Virus record (IMG/VR): IMGVR_UViG_3300044620_001082
Location: 1-24,696 of that record
Source: a virus
Lineage: Duplodnaviria > Caudoviricetes
DNA length: 24,696 bases
Strand: one strand, 5' to 3'
In this document: one piece after another, positions 15,478 through 24,521 of the stretch
How the letters are laid out: every line of letters begins with the position of its first letter
Numbering within the stretch: the first letter of the stretch is position 1
Program-made: the position numbers and the translations under genes
Notes under the pieces: model-generated
Seen by the model: only the letters and a program-made list of their open reading frames with translations
Told to the model about the DNA's origin: nothing
Database searches by the model: none

Positions 15478-15987
15478 TTGAATAACAGTAACTGGCCCGA
15501 TCTTGTCAATGCTTTGGCCAAGGCTATGATTGATATTGATGCTGCTATTAATGAAATCAAAGGTTCAGACGATCCGGAGACTGCGTGCTCAAAACTTGTT
15601 GACATCCATCGCCTCAAGGGAGATATGGCAATGGTTTATGATTCGGCAACAAACGCCGTATCTGAAGTGATGCGCGAAATGAGTGAAGTATCTCTTTCAA
15701 ATGGTATGCGTATTGAGAAAAAAATGGCTTCTACTCGCAAAACATGGAATCACAAAGATCTTGCAAACGTTGTAGCAAAGCGCATTGTTGAATCATCTGT
15801 TGACCTTGGAACTGGAGAGGTTGTTCTCTCTACTGAGCAGATGATTGAAAAGATGCTCGTTTATGTACAGCCTTCATATTGGCGCATTAAAGAACTTTCC
15901 GCAATCGGAATTAACGCAGATAGGTTCTGCGAAGTTGACGAACCAAAAACCAGCATCATTGTAAGAAAGGGATCAAACAATGGCTAA
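15478..15987 (+). CDS. Hypothetical protein (169 aa)
   Basis: AGGAG SD before TTG; overlaps the start of the Rad52-like gene; no firm domain. Confidence 0.8.
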   Translation: MNNSNWPDLVNALAKAMIDIDAAINEIKGSDDPETACSKLVDIHRLKGDMAMVYDSATNAVSEVMREMSEVSLSNGMRIEKKMASTRKTWNHKDLANVVAKRIVESSVDLGTGEVVLSTEQMIEKMLVYVQPSYWRIKELSAIGINADRFCEVDEPKTSIIVRKGSNNG

Positions 15988-16654
15988 ATCAACAGAATCA
16001 ACAGAAATGAAAGCTCTCTACGAGCCGTTTCCACCAGAGATGGAGCGCACTCTCACCAAAGGTGGAGCTGCCCTCACATATATTCCTGTCAGTGAAGTCA
16101 TCAACCGTCTCAATAAGGTAATTGGCCTTGATAAGTGGAGCTTTGCAATTAACTACTGCGAGCGAGACAAGGCAGATACAGACTTCATTGTTGCGCATGT
16201 TACATTCACCGCTACATTCGGAACTGGTGAAGATGAGCGGAAGATCTCACGCGATGGAATCGGCGGTCAGAAGATCAAACGTACACGCGCTGGAGACATC
16301 GTTGATCTCGGTGATGAGATGAAAGGTGCTGTCTCTGACGCACTTAAAAAAGCAGCTCAGACTCTCGGTATTGCCCTCTATCTTGCTAGGTCAGAAGAGG
16401 CCATGGAGGTTGAGGTTGCTAGTGAAATTCCACAAGTTAGTCCTGAGATTGAAACTCTTTGGAACAACTTCGTCGGCCTCTCAAAGAGCTTAAACGCAAC
16501 CGCAAAAGGCACCCTCAACGATCATTGGGTTGAATTTTCTGGCGGCAGGCCGAAACCAACCAAAACAACCGCAACAGTCCAAGATCTGGAAGCGCTGATT
16601 GCAAAATGTGTTGAACTTAAGTTCACTGACACGGACAGCGGAAAAAATGACTGA
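15980..16654 (+). CDS. Rad52/Rad22-family single-strand annealing protein (Sak-like)
   Basis: LTYIPVSEVINRLNKVIGLDKW and KGAVSDALKKAAQTLGIALYL are Rad52-family signatures. Confidence 0.88.
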   Translation: MAKSTESTEMKALYEPFPPEMERTLTKGGAALTYIPVSEVINRLNKVIGLDKWSFAINYCERDKADTDFIVAHVTFTATFGTGEDERKISRDGIGGQKIKRTRAGDIVDLGDEMKGAVSDALKKAAQTLGIALYLARSEEAMEVEVASEIPQVSPEIETLWNNFVGLSKSLNATAKGTLNDHWVEFSGGRPKPTKTTATVQDLEALIAKCVELKFTDTDSGKND

Positions 16655-17420
16655 GCTCAAACCACCCGACTATCTCTCACCTTCGTCAATTTCTACATTT
16701 CAGCAATGCCCGTTACGGTTCAAGCTGAGTCGTATTGACAAAATGGAAGAATTACCAACAGAAGCAACCTTACTTGGCAACTTTGTTCATGATGTTCTTG
16801 AGCTGCTCTATAAGGTGCCAGCTGAGGATCGGAGTTTGGGAGTTGCCAAAAACCTCAGCACAACAGTGTGGAATGAATACGGCTGGGAAGAAAAAGTTCA
16901 GCCATTTCTCAAGAGCTATAACATGAATACATTTAGATGGAACGCATGGTGGTGTATTGAGAATTTGTTCGGCATGGAGGATCCGCGCCTTGTGAATCCA
17001 AATGGAGTTGAGCACGAGCTGAACGGAAAAATTGCTGGAGTCCAGATGCGAGGCTTTATTGACCGTTGGTCGGTAAATAACGATAATGAAATAGTTATCT
17101 CTGACTACAAAACTGGCAAGTCACCAGCGCCACGTTTTGCTGGATCAAAATTTTTTCAGCTGACTGTTTATGCTCATTTGCTGGCTCAAGAAAAACAGCA
17201 ACCTGTTGGCTACCTTGAATTGCTCTTTCTCAAAGAAGGAGTACGTCTTGACAAGCATCCGACACCGTCTGATTTTTCTCAAGTTGAGGAAGTTGTAGTC
17301 GCAGTAAAGCAAAATATTGACACATTGTGTGCGGGGGGCGAGTGGGAAGCTGTGCCAACGAGGCTTTGTGACTGGTGTTCATATAAGAAAACTATTTGTA
17401 GTTATTGGAGCAATAAATGA
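16647..17420 (+). CDS. Cas4/RecB-like PD-(D/E)XK exonuclease
   Basis: LSPSSISTFQQCP, GNFVHDVLE, RGFIDR, ISDYKTG, QLTVYA, C-terminal CDWCSYKKTIC (Fe-S ligand pattern). Start re-called to ATG 16647 (MTELKP). Confidence 0.9.
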   Translation: MTELKPPDYLSPSSISTFQQCPLRFKLSRIDKMEELPTEATLLGNFVHDVLELLYKVPAEDRSLGVAKNLSTTVWNEYGWEEKVQPFLKSYNMNTFRWNAWWCIENLFGMEDPRLVNPNGVEHELNGKIAGVQMRGFIDRWSVNNDNEIVISDYKTGKSPAPRFAGSKFFQLTVYAHLLAQEKQQPVGYLELLFLKEGVRLDKHPTPSDFSQVEEVVVAVKQNIDTLCAGGEWEAVPTRLCDWCSYKKTICSYWSNK

Positions 17421-17929
17421 ATGATGATGTATTTGCTCGTCTTGTAGCGGAAGATGTGAAGAATAAAGTCTCGCATACTCAGCGAAAGATTCTTCGTCAG
17501 CCACAGAACCATGATCGCTGGAAACGTGCTCTTCTTGCTCTTTTGCGCAATGTTGATGAACAGATCAACGACATCAAACACGATATGAACGATGACTATG
17601 GTCGTTATGAGGCGCTGGGCAGTGATGGCAAGGCACTTTTAGAGCATGCGCGGAATGATTACGAGGCTAGGCTCAAGAAGATTGAGCGCTTTGCGTTTCA
17701 TATTTCAAAGCGCCTTGATGAGGTTGCAATAATGATTGAAGAGGACGATCAAGGCGGGTCAATTGATCTTGATGCCGACATTCTTGCGTCTGCAATCAGG
17801 AAGCATAAAGCAATGATGACTGAAATGGACATGGAGGCGACGCCAATTGACAAAGCTCTTTGGTCGGTCTTGGAAAATGAGTGGCTTTTTGATTCAATCA
17901 GCCAGGACGAGCTTGCTTCATACCAGTGA
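17417..17929 (+). CDS. Hypothetical helical protein (170 aa)
   Basis: ATGA and GTGA overlaps with both neighbours. Confidence 0.8.
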   Translation: MNDDVFARLVAEDVKNKVSHTQRKILRQPQNHDRWKRALLALLRNVDEQINDIKHDMNDDYGRYEALGSDGKALLEHARNDYEARLKKIERFAFHISKRLDEVAIMIEEDDQGGSIDLDADILASAIRKHKAMMTEMDMEATPIDKALWSVLENEWLFDSISQDELASYQ

Positions 17930-18228
17930 GACACCGCTCAAAGAAGAAAGAGGCTGAGTACAGACTGCGTCGCCCATTGGTGGCCCGCCTATTAGAAGAA
18001 CGCCCCTTTTGTGAAGCATGCCCAGTATTTGCAGAACATGACGAGAAATCTGTATACCGACGCAACGCCTCCATGGACGTCCATGAGTTAGTGCGCCGCT
18101 CACAAGGGGGCTCAATTCTTGACGAATCAAACCTTATGTGCGTTTGCCGTCAGTGCCACACTCGCATAGGAAACTATCCTCAGCTTGCATTTGACCTTGG
18201 TCTATCTAAGCACTCTTACGATTCTTGA
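17926..18228 (+). CDS. HNH endonuclease-like protein
   Basis: CEAC ... DVHELVRRSQGGSILDESNLMCVCRQCH: zinc-binding HNH pattern. Confidence 0.82.
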   Translation: MRHRSKKKEAEYRLRRPLVARLLEERPFCEACPVFAEHDEKSVYRRNASMDVHELVRRSQGGSILDESNLMCVCRQCHTRIGNYPQLAFDLGLSKHSYDS

Positions 18229-18866
18229 GGACCGACAGAGCCAATACGTGGTTCTATTCGGTCGTTATCGGTAGGATATATTTCTCGTAATTTTTCACCG
18301 TCTGCTGTAGTGACTGCACCACCATGAAGAACTACGCCAGGACTAAATCCGTAACAGGCGTTCACCACGTCACAAACGCCAAACATCATGACTGAAATCC
18401 TCTTACGTCGCCATTTTGGAGCAGTAGTAATCTGCTGAATCTCTGGGTCTCCAGCGCGCCAGTTAATCATTCCGGCCCATGTGGACATGTACTCCTTTTC
18501 AAGAACCCGAGATGCTTCCGCGCCCTCTAATACGGTCCCCCATGGGTATCTGTCGTCTGCAAATCCAAGAAGAATTAAATGAGCAGGCTGAATATGTCGT
18601 CCGTCAAGAAGCACGAACCACATTTTTACTACTTCATCTTCAGGACCAAAAACTTCTTCGCTGTAATACTTAACTACCAAACGGCCTTCTGCGTCAACTT
18701 CACCCCAGCCCCACTTGGTCAGGTCTTCGGTGGGTAGTTCTTCATTGTTCGTGTACCACCTTTTAGGGGGCGGACGCATGCCAGCAGAATGCCAACGAAT
18801 GTCAAAGAAGCGGTCGCTGAGTTTGTTTCCAGTATCAAGCGCAAATGTTGAAGGTAGTTTTGCCAT
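18216..18866 (-). CDS. Hypothetical protein with C-terminal GNAT-like acetyltransferase motif
   Basis: IQQITTAPKWRRKRISVMMF resembles a degenerate GNAT motif A (V.P..RR.GIA..L), followed by LHGGAVTTADG. Confidence 0.6.
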   Translation of the reverse strand: MAKLPSTFALDTGNKLSDRFFDIRWHSAGMRPPPKRWYTNNEELPTEDLTKWGWGEVDAEGRLVVKYYSEEVFGPEDEVVKMWFVLLDGRHIQPAHLILLGFADDRYPWGTVLEGAEASRVLEKEYMSTWAGMINWRAGDPEIQQITTAPKWRRKRISVMMFGVCDVVNACYGFSPGVVLHGGAVTTADGEKLREIYPTDNDRIEPRIGSVGPQES

Positions 18867-18875
18867 ACGGCAAGA

Positions 18876-19556
18876 CTAGTCGTTCCACCATGCTGCCCAT
18901 GGCTTAGCCGAATCTGCTTGAACACTGTGAATGCCAGTGTATGCAATCGAGATGGTGACCTTTCCGTCATTCTCGTAGCCTGTCCAGTCGCCGCCACCAT
19001 CGTAAACGAACAACTGAAGGAACTCATCGGTGTTCAAAATTGCGGCGTCTGCAAGATAGGTCTGTGCATTGAACTCGTTTTCGCTCCAACTGCTGTTCTG
19101 TGCGCGAACCTTGTCAACAGGTGTTTTAGCGGTGCTACGAAGGCTTAATGTACTTGAGTACCCTGAACTTGTGGAGAATGCGCCTGTTCTGCCATCGGAT
19201 TCGTCTGGGTTGCCGAGCCACATTGTTGGCTTCAGGGAATCGTTTGGCTCGTCTTGATATCCAACATTCTCGAATACATACATGTAATCGCTTGGGTTGT
19301 CGGTGTTGTCGTGCTGAACCTTGGTGTTCTTGGTCTTGCTTGCTGCAAGTCTCAAGACTCTGTCGGTTGTTTCAATGTCCAGGGTTTCCTCGTCGCCCTG
19401 CCAAAAACCTGCTGTTTGGCCATAAATCTCCTGTGTGGTAAACCAGATTGACTCAATCTTGACTGGGAATGGGAAAGACACATTTAAGAAAGAAGTGTCG
19501 TTGATTTTGACTGTCCAGTCGTAATTGACGATTGATGGTGGAATAATTCCAGACAT
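18876..19556 (-). CDS. Putative virion structural beta-rich protein (226 aa), possible paralog of the adjacent 115-aa protein
   Basis: GGGAG SD; N- and C-terminal patterns match those of 19650-19997. Confidence 0.7.
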   Translation of the reverse strand: MSGIIPPSIVNYDWTVKINDTSFLNVSFPFPVKIESIWFTTQEIYGQTAGFWQGDEETLDIETTDRVLRLAASKTKNTKVQHDNTDNPSDYMYVFENVGYQDEPNDSLKPTMWLGNPDESDGRTGAFSTSSGYSSTLSLRSTAKTPVDKVRAQNSSWSENEFNAQTYLADAAILNTDEFLQLFVYDGGGDWTGYENDGKVTISIAYTGIHSVQADSAKPWAAWWND

Positions 19557-19595
19557 TTATTCTCCCGCTGTTGGGTAACCAAAATAGTATGGCAT

Positions 19596-19630
19596 AAAAA
19601 AAGAGCGCGCCACAAAATGACGCGCTCTTT
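19596..19630 (-). terminator. Rho-independent terminator after the 115-aa gene
   Basis: Minus strand GAGCGCG-tcattttgtgg-CGCGCTC followed by TTTTTTT, about 20 nt after the stop codon. Confidence 0.85.
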
Positions 19631-19649
19631 CAGTTAATTGAAAGTTTAT

Positions 19650-19997
19650 TTATTGAACAACCGTGAATGCGACAGTCATGTTTGAACCAGCGGTGCTTGA
19701 ACCAACAGCTGAAACGTCAAGGCTGACAAGGTCGCCTTTTGCGAAGTCGCAATTAGCTGCAGTAAGTGTTCCTTCGTCTGAAGTTCCTGCGGCTGCGATT
19801 GAGAACGCTGCTGCTACATCGGAACCGACTTTAAGGTCTGCGGTAAGTGCTGAGCCTACCGGGGCTGTGGTCACTGCGACATAAGCGCCTGTGATTTTGC
19901 CAGCAAATGGCATAGCCATTGTAACGATGCTGGTTGTGGCAAGTGTGCCAGCAATGTTCAGTGTGATGGTTGATGGGGCTAAAATTGCTGTTGACAT
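19650..19997 (-). CDS. Small Ala/Thr/Ser-rich beta-sandwich virion protein (head decoration-like)
   Basis: GAGGAG SD, own terminator, MPFAGKI...TAPVGS.L..D...F.KGD.VSLDV..VGS..AGS..TV pattern typical of small phage surface domains. Confidence 0.7.
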   Translation of the reverse strand: MSTAILAPSTITLNIAGTLATTSIVTMAMPFAGKITGAYVAVTTAPVGSALTADLKVGSDVAAAFSIAAAGTSDEGTLTAANCDFAKGDLVSLDVSAVGSSTAGSNMTVAFTVVQ

Positions 19998-20057
19998 TTA
20001 TGTCTCCTCTGGGTAGCGGGTATTTATATTCTACACAATAAATGATAGGTTTGCAGC

Positions 20058-20600
20058 ATGAACATCCTCGGAGTTGACCTATCTTTAACATCTACTGGCA
20101 TATCCGTCAACGGGAAAACTGGAACCATCACAACACCTGCCAAAGGATCAGAACGGCTATCAATCATTTCACTAGCCATACTAGATGCTGTCATTGACAA
20201 TAGTATTCAACTTGTAGCAATTGAGGGCTATTCATTCGCCTCACGCAATAGTCAAGCCCACAGTATTGGCGAACTAGGTGGTGTTGTTAGAATGCGCCTG
20301 TGGGAGAAAAACATCCCTTACGTTGACATACCGCCAACCTGTCGTGCCAAGTTCGCAACAGGACGTGGAAACGCTGCAAAAACCGAAGTAATGTCCTCAG
20401 TATCTGCTAAAACAGGGCTCGTTTTTTCTGGCAAAGGAGCCGACGACATGTGCGACGCGTGGATACTTGAAGAAATGTGCAGAACGCGTATCGGCATTTC
20501 AGACTACACATGGTCTGCAACACAACTATCAGCCCTTGACAAGATAGATTGGAACGCTTTAACATCCATTCAAACCACAAAGGAGAACAGTGCGCTCTAA
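20058..20600 (+). CDS. ruvC: RuvC-like Holliday junction resolvase
   Basis: ILGVDLSLTSTG, VAIEGYSF, GELGGVVR, KFATGRGNAAKTEV, DDMCDAW. Confidence 0.9.
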   Translation: MNILGVDLSLTSTGISVNGKTGTITTPAKGSERLSIISLAILDAVIDNSIQLVAIEGYSFASRNSQAHSIGELGGVVRMRLWEKNIPYVDIPPTCRAKFATGRGNAAKTEVMSSVSAKTGLVFSGKGADDMCDAWILEEMCRTRIGISDYTWSATQLSALDKIDWNALTSIQTTKENSAL

Positions 20601-20934
20601 ACCTATTAGTCAAATTGATGTTGAAAATGAGCTTTTACGTCTTCTCTCGCTTCTTGAAGAGGAAACTGAATCCTACGAATCACTGGCTGAGGACGCAGCG
20701 AAGAAAGAAGCTTTGTATAAATCAAATTGGGCCAAGGAATACCTCTCTGCAAAGGGTTCAATCAAGGAGCGCGAAGCATGGTCGGACTACAAACTGTCTG
20801 AAGAAATTTTTGATCATAAAATTGCTGAGGCGATGGTTAAGTCAAAAAGAGAGTTACTCACGTCACTGAGAACCAGTATTGACGCACTCAGAACACTTAA
20901 CGCAAATATTAGATTCCAGGTTGGCGGCTCATGA
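20590..20934 (+). CDS. Hypothetical coiled-coil protein (114 aa)
   Basis: AAGGAG SD before GTG; helical composition; overlaps both neighbours. Confidence 0.8.
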   Translation: MRSKPISQIDVENELLRLLSLLEEETESYESLAEDAAKKEALYKSNWAKEYLSAKGSIKEREAWSDYKLSEEIFDHKIAEAMVKSKRELLTSLRTSIDALRTLNANIRFQVGGS

Positions 20935-21680
20935 AAATACACCCAAGTTTGGTGGAGTTTGAAATTGAAGTAGATCTGCTTGTACCTCTGCCTGGCAATC
21001 CGAGGGTTGGCAACGTGAACGCAATCATGGCCTCATATTCTGAATTCGGGCAGGTAAAACCGATAGTAATCAAAGATAATGGCGATGGTTCTTTTACGGT
21101 AATCGCTGGAAATCACCAACTTGAAGCTGCACGGCGTCTCGGTTGGCAAAAAATTGCTGCGGTGAAGCTTGATGCAGATGATTCGCGTGCAATTGCATTT
21201 GCTCTTGCTGATAATAGAACAATGGAGCTTGGGCATACTGAGCCAGATTTATTAAACGAAATGATTTCTCAGGTTACCGATTTCTATCCAGAGTTAATGG
21301 AAGACCTTGGTTGGGACGATTTTGAGATGGCGGCAATAAGCGAGCAGGTCAAGCGTTTGTCTGCTAGCGATATTCTTTCAGAAGGGTATGTTCCACCACA
21401 GATTATAAATCCATTCATGCCAGAATTTGATGATGAGGGTATTGAGCAAAAAGCTGAGAGGCAGAACATGTCTGTTGATGCAGCTTCAAGGGGAGCGGCA
21501 GCTGCTGGAGTATCGTCTGGCGCAAAAGCAGTTGTGCAATACACGCTCATGTTTGACGACGCTGATCAGCAACGTCATTGGTACGATTTTATTCGTTACC
21601 TGAAGAACTCAACTGTCTATGAAGGAGACACAACCGCTCAACGGTTGATGATGTTTATAGATGCACACACAGAAATATAA
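20931..21680 (+). CDS. ParB/Srx N-terminal-like domain protein
   Basis: L.PLPGNPR.....I..S..EFGQVKPIVI....VIAGNHQLEAARRLGW ... ALADNRT. Confidence 0.88.
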   Translation: MKIHPSLVEFEIEVDLLVPLPGNPRVGNVNAIMASYSEFGQVKPIVIKDNGDGSFTVIAGNHQLEAARRLGWQKIAAVKLDADDSRAIAFALADNRTMELGHTEPDLLNEMISQVTDFYPELMEDLGWDDFEMAAISEQVKRLSASDILSEGYVPPQIINPFMPEFDDEGIEQKAERQNMSVDAASRGAAAAGVSSGAKAVVQYTLMFDDADQQRHWYDFIRYLKNSTVYEGDTTAQRLMMFIDAHTEI

Positions 21681-21900
21681 ACACGAGAGCAATTTTAATA
21701 CTTATACGGATTTGGAAAACTACAAGAGATGGGCGTCAAACCACGGACTTCGCATGACTGTGGAGTTTAGTGAAAGCCACGGCTGGTCTTGCTGTTTCTG
21801 TATAGACACAGAATGCATTGGGCATAGTAATGGAGATGTATTAAATGTATCCACATACGAAGCTTATGCTCAAGCAAAGAAAGATCCACGACTGACATGA
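21661..21900 (+). CDS. Hypothetical protein (79 aa)
   Basis: Fills the gap between ParB and PAPS-reductase genes; ATGA overlap downstream; start uncertain. Confidence 0.55.
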   Translation: MHTQKYKHESNFNTYTDLENYKRWASNHGLRMTVEFSESHGWSCCFCIDTECIGHSNGDVLNVSTYEAYAQAKKDPRLT

Positions 21901-23060
21901 CGCGACAAAGAATGTTTTTAGATATGTCGTGCGTAGATGCTGCGCGTGAGCGCATGAGGCATATTTACGACACATTTGACACCGTCTGTGTGCAATTTTC
22001 CGGCGGCAAAGACAGCACAGCAATCCTCTACTTGGCTAAGGAAATACACGAGGAGCGAGGACTTGGGCCAGTAAAGGTCATCTTTAGAGACGAGGAGATG
22101 GTTAGTAATCTTGTAATTAAGTTCATTCAGGAAGTACGTAATTACGACTGGGTTGACATGGAGTGGTACTGCCTTCCTCAGGGTCAGGAAATATGGGTTC
22201 TTGGGCGAAGGGAATACTGTCTTCTCTGGTCCGAGAAGCGCCGGAAGCAAAATCGGCTCATTAGAGATATACCAAAGTGGGCAATAAGGGCAGAGCACTT
22301 TGGACTTGATCCGAACAAGCCAATTCCTCAGTCAATTGACTACTACACGATGCAGGGAAAGAAAGGGCGAGTTGCCTACATAACTGGCGTCAGGGCAAAT
22401 GAGTCAATGATCCGCTATAGGTCGTGCGTACAAAAACTTCATGAGAATTATATCGTAATTCCATATAAAATGAAGTCAAATATACCGTTGCGCTTTGCGA
22501 AGGTAATATACGACTGGACGACCGATGATGTGTTCAAGTTTATTACAGAAGAACATAAAGCGAGTTACTGTGAATATTACGACTTAGCCAGTCTCACGGG
22601 AAGTAATTCTCGTGTTGGTATTCCACTCCATGCTGTTGCGGTTAGGCGAATCGGTGACGTCGTGGTTACGGAGCCAGAATTTTACGACAGACTCGTAGAA
22701 TGCTTTCCACAGGTTGATGCACAGCGCCGCTGGTGGCCAGACTTTGACATTGAAAAAGTCATAATGATATATGCCAAAGAAGAGTGGAGTGGCGTAAAGC
22801 GTTGCATTGAAGAGAATGTTCTTACACCCGGTCTCAATCAGCGGGCAATGGCTTTTGCTTCGGAGTTCCGCAAGAAGCACAGAAAAGATCCACGCTCATA
22901 CCCGATTCATTGGTTAATTAGAAACATTTTATTGAATGAATTCAGCATGACATCTGTGAGTCCGATTGGGCCAGGCACACGGGCGTACAACATTGAAATG
23001 CAACAAATACAGGAAATGGCCGAATTAAATTCGCTCGACTATCAGGATGATTCACGATGA
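21897..23060 (+). CDS. PAPS-reductase-family PP-loop protein (IbrA/DndC-like)
   Basis: PP-loop QFSGGKDS, GVRANESMIR, IYDWTTDDVF; followed directly by an IbrB-like ParB gene. Confidence 0.88.
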   Translation: MTRQRMFLDMSCVDAARERMRHIYDTFDTVCVQFSGGKDSTAILYLAKEIHEERGLGPVKVIFRDEEMVSNLVIKFIQEVRNYDWVDMEWYCLPQGQEIWVLGRREYCLLWSEKRRKQNRLIRDIPKWAIRAEHFGLDPNKPIPQSIDYYTMQGKKGRVAYITGVRANESMIRYRSCVQKLHENYIVIPYKMKSNIPLRFAKVIYDWTTDDVFKFITEEHKASYCEYYDLASLTGSNSRVGIPLHAVAVRRIGDVVVTEPEFYDRLVECFPQVDAQRRWWPDFDIEKVIMIYAKEEWSGVKRCIEENVLTPGLNQRAMAFASEFRKKHRKDPRSYPIHWLIRNILLNEFSMTSVSPIGPGTRAYNIEMQQIQEMAELNSLDYQDDSR

Positions 23061-23611
23061 AAATTGAATATGTAAAGTGGGATTCAATAAAACCAGCTCC
23101 ATGGAGGGCAACGCACTGCCTGAAGGTTGACCTCCAAGTAATAGCCGACTCTATTAATGACTACGGCTGGTTTGCTCCAATTATTGTTAAAAAAGACTCA
23201 TTAGAGATCATTGATGGTTTCCACCGTTGGGTATGTGCCCAAACAGACAAACGCATTCTCAAAAGAGATAAAAAACTTGTGCCTGTAATATTTGAAGATG
23301 TTGACACAGCCGATGCCATGTTGATGCATCTGCGCCTCAATAGAGGAAGAGGTATTATTCTTGCTCAATATATGTCACAGATTGTTCGTGAGTTGTTTCA
23401 CTCGCGCAAATACTCTCCTGACGAGATTAAGGATATGCTTAATATGAGCTACGCAGAAATAACTTTAATGATGGACGGTTCTGTGCTCAAAACAAGAAAT
23501 GTGAAGGAGCATAAATACTCTAGAGCTTGGGTGCCAGTTGAAGCTCCACCAGGTACTATTGAGCAACCTGAGGAAACAGTTATTGAGCGACCACCGAATA
23601 AGGACAGATAA
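23057..23611 (+). CDS. ParB-like protein (IbrB-like)
   Basis: SINDYGWFAPII...EIIDGFHR...LRLNRGRG, followed by an HTH-like segment. Confidence 0.87.
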   Translation: MKIEYVKWDSIKPAPWRATHCLKVDLQVIADSINDYGWFAPIIVKKDSLEIIDGFHRWVCAQTDKRILKRDKKLVPVIFEDVDTADAMLMHLRLNRGRGIILAQYMSQIVRELFHSRKYSPDEIKDMLNMSYAEITLMMDGSVLKTRNVKEHKYSRAWVPVEAPPGTIEQPEETVIERPPNKDR

Positions 23612-23672
23612 ATATAGATAGCCAACAAAGATGATAATCTAATTATGTTTAGATTCGCATCTGGAGGATGCA

Positions 23673-23873
23673 ATGGTCACACCTAATGATGTTGAAGATA
23701 TTGAGCTAGATGGCGAGCAGAAGCCGTCTTGGTGGCGACGAGCAGTTGCTTATACATTGCGACGTATAGCCGACCGCCTACAGTATGGTCGTGGTCAGCG
23801 CGTAAGAACACAGCAGGGTCAGGGGCGTGCGCTCGCAAGAGAAGGCCGCGAGAACCTTACGCGTCGTGGCTAA
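23673..23873 (+). CDS. Small protein (66 aa) with Arg-rich C-terminus
   Basis: GGAGG SD 5 nt before ATG. Confidence 0.7.
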   Translation: MVTPNDVEDIELDGEQKPSWWRRAVAYTLRRIADRLQYGRGQRVRTQQGQGRALAREGRENLTRRG

Positions 23874-23897
23874 ATCCATAATTGAGGGTGGTGCATA

Positions 23898-24521
23898 ATG
23901 CTAGTTAGCATTGCTGAATTAAAAACCTACATGGATATTAGCCTGACGAATCGTCAGGAAGATGCCGCAGAGTTGGTACTTGAAGGTTTACAGAGCGAAC
24001 TTGAGATGTTTCTGGGCAGACCAGTTGAGGTACAAACATTCACTGAAGAATATTCGGTTACTGCTGAATTTCAAGGAGTTCCAGTTTCCTCGTTCTTCTA
24101 CGACTACAGCCTTGACACAACAGGAAATGTACTTCCATATATTCAGCCACCAGCTGCTGTTTACCTAAGAAACACTCCAGTTGTCTCAGTTGAGTCAGTA
24201 ACAATAACCAATCCAGAAGGTTCCCCAATAGTTCAAGTCGCTGAAAGAGACTACATAGTCCGTCGCTACGGCTTGGAGCTATATAGGGCATTTCCAAACG
24301 ACATTGTTACGGTTGAGTATGACGGTGGCCTAGATGGCTCATCAATGAAAGCCTTTAAGTTAATGATTTTGCGTGCTGCAACTAGAGAAATGCAGAACAT
24401 GCATGATGATGTTGTTGGCGTTAAGGATCTAAATCCACGTAATGTCGCGCCACTTGAGACTGGTTTCTTGGAGAAAGAGCTTATGGCTGTTAAGGGATAT
24501 AAGCGCAGAAGGATTGCGTAA
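23898..24521 (+). CDS. Head-to-tail adaptor/connector (HK97 gp6 / SPP1 gp15-like, extended)
   Basis: LVSIAELKTYMDI ... LEMFLGRP ... L..TPVVSVESV ... V.V.Y.GG: typical adaptor pattern. Confidence 0.8.
   Translation: MLVSIAELKTYMDISLTNRQEDAAELVLEGLQSELEMFLGRPVEVQTFTEEYSVTAEFQGVPVSSFFYDYSLDTTGNVLPYIQPPAAVYLRNTPVVSVESVTITNPEGSPIVQVAERDYIVRRYGLELYRAFPNDIVTVEYDGGLDGSSMKAFKLMILRAATREMQNMHDDVVGVKDLNPRNVAPLETGFLEKELMAVKGYKRRRIA

Noticed and set aside
16647-17420. Cas4-like gene as a sign of CRISPR-Cas
   Set aside because: No repeat-spacer array or other cas genes seen; solo Cas4/RecB-like nucleases are common in phages.
17926-18228. HNH gene as a homing endonuclease or intron
   Set aside because: Short standalone coupled gene; no interrupted host gene and no intron-like flanks seen.
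21897-23060. PAPS reductase as a sulfur-assimilation auxiliary metabolic gene (cysH)
   Set aside because: Lacks the C-terminal ECGLH motif of CysH; length and ParB partner fit the IbrA-like group.
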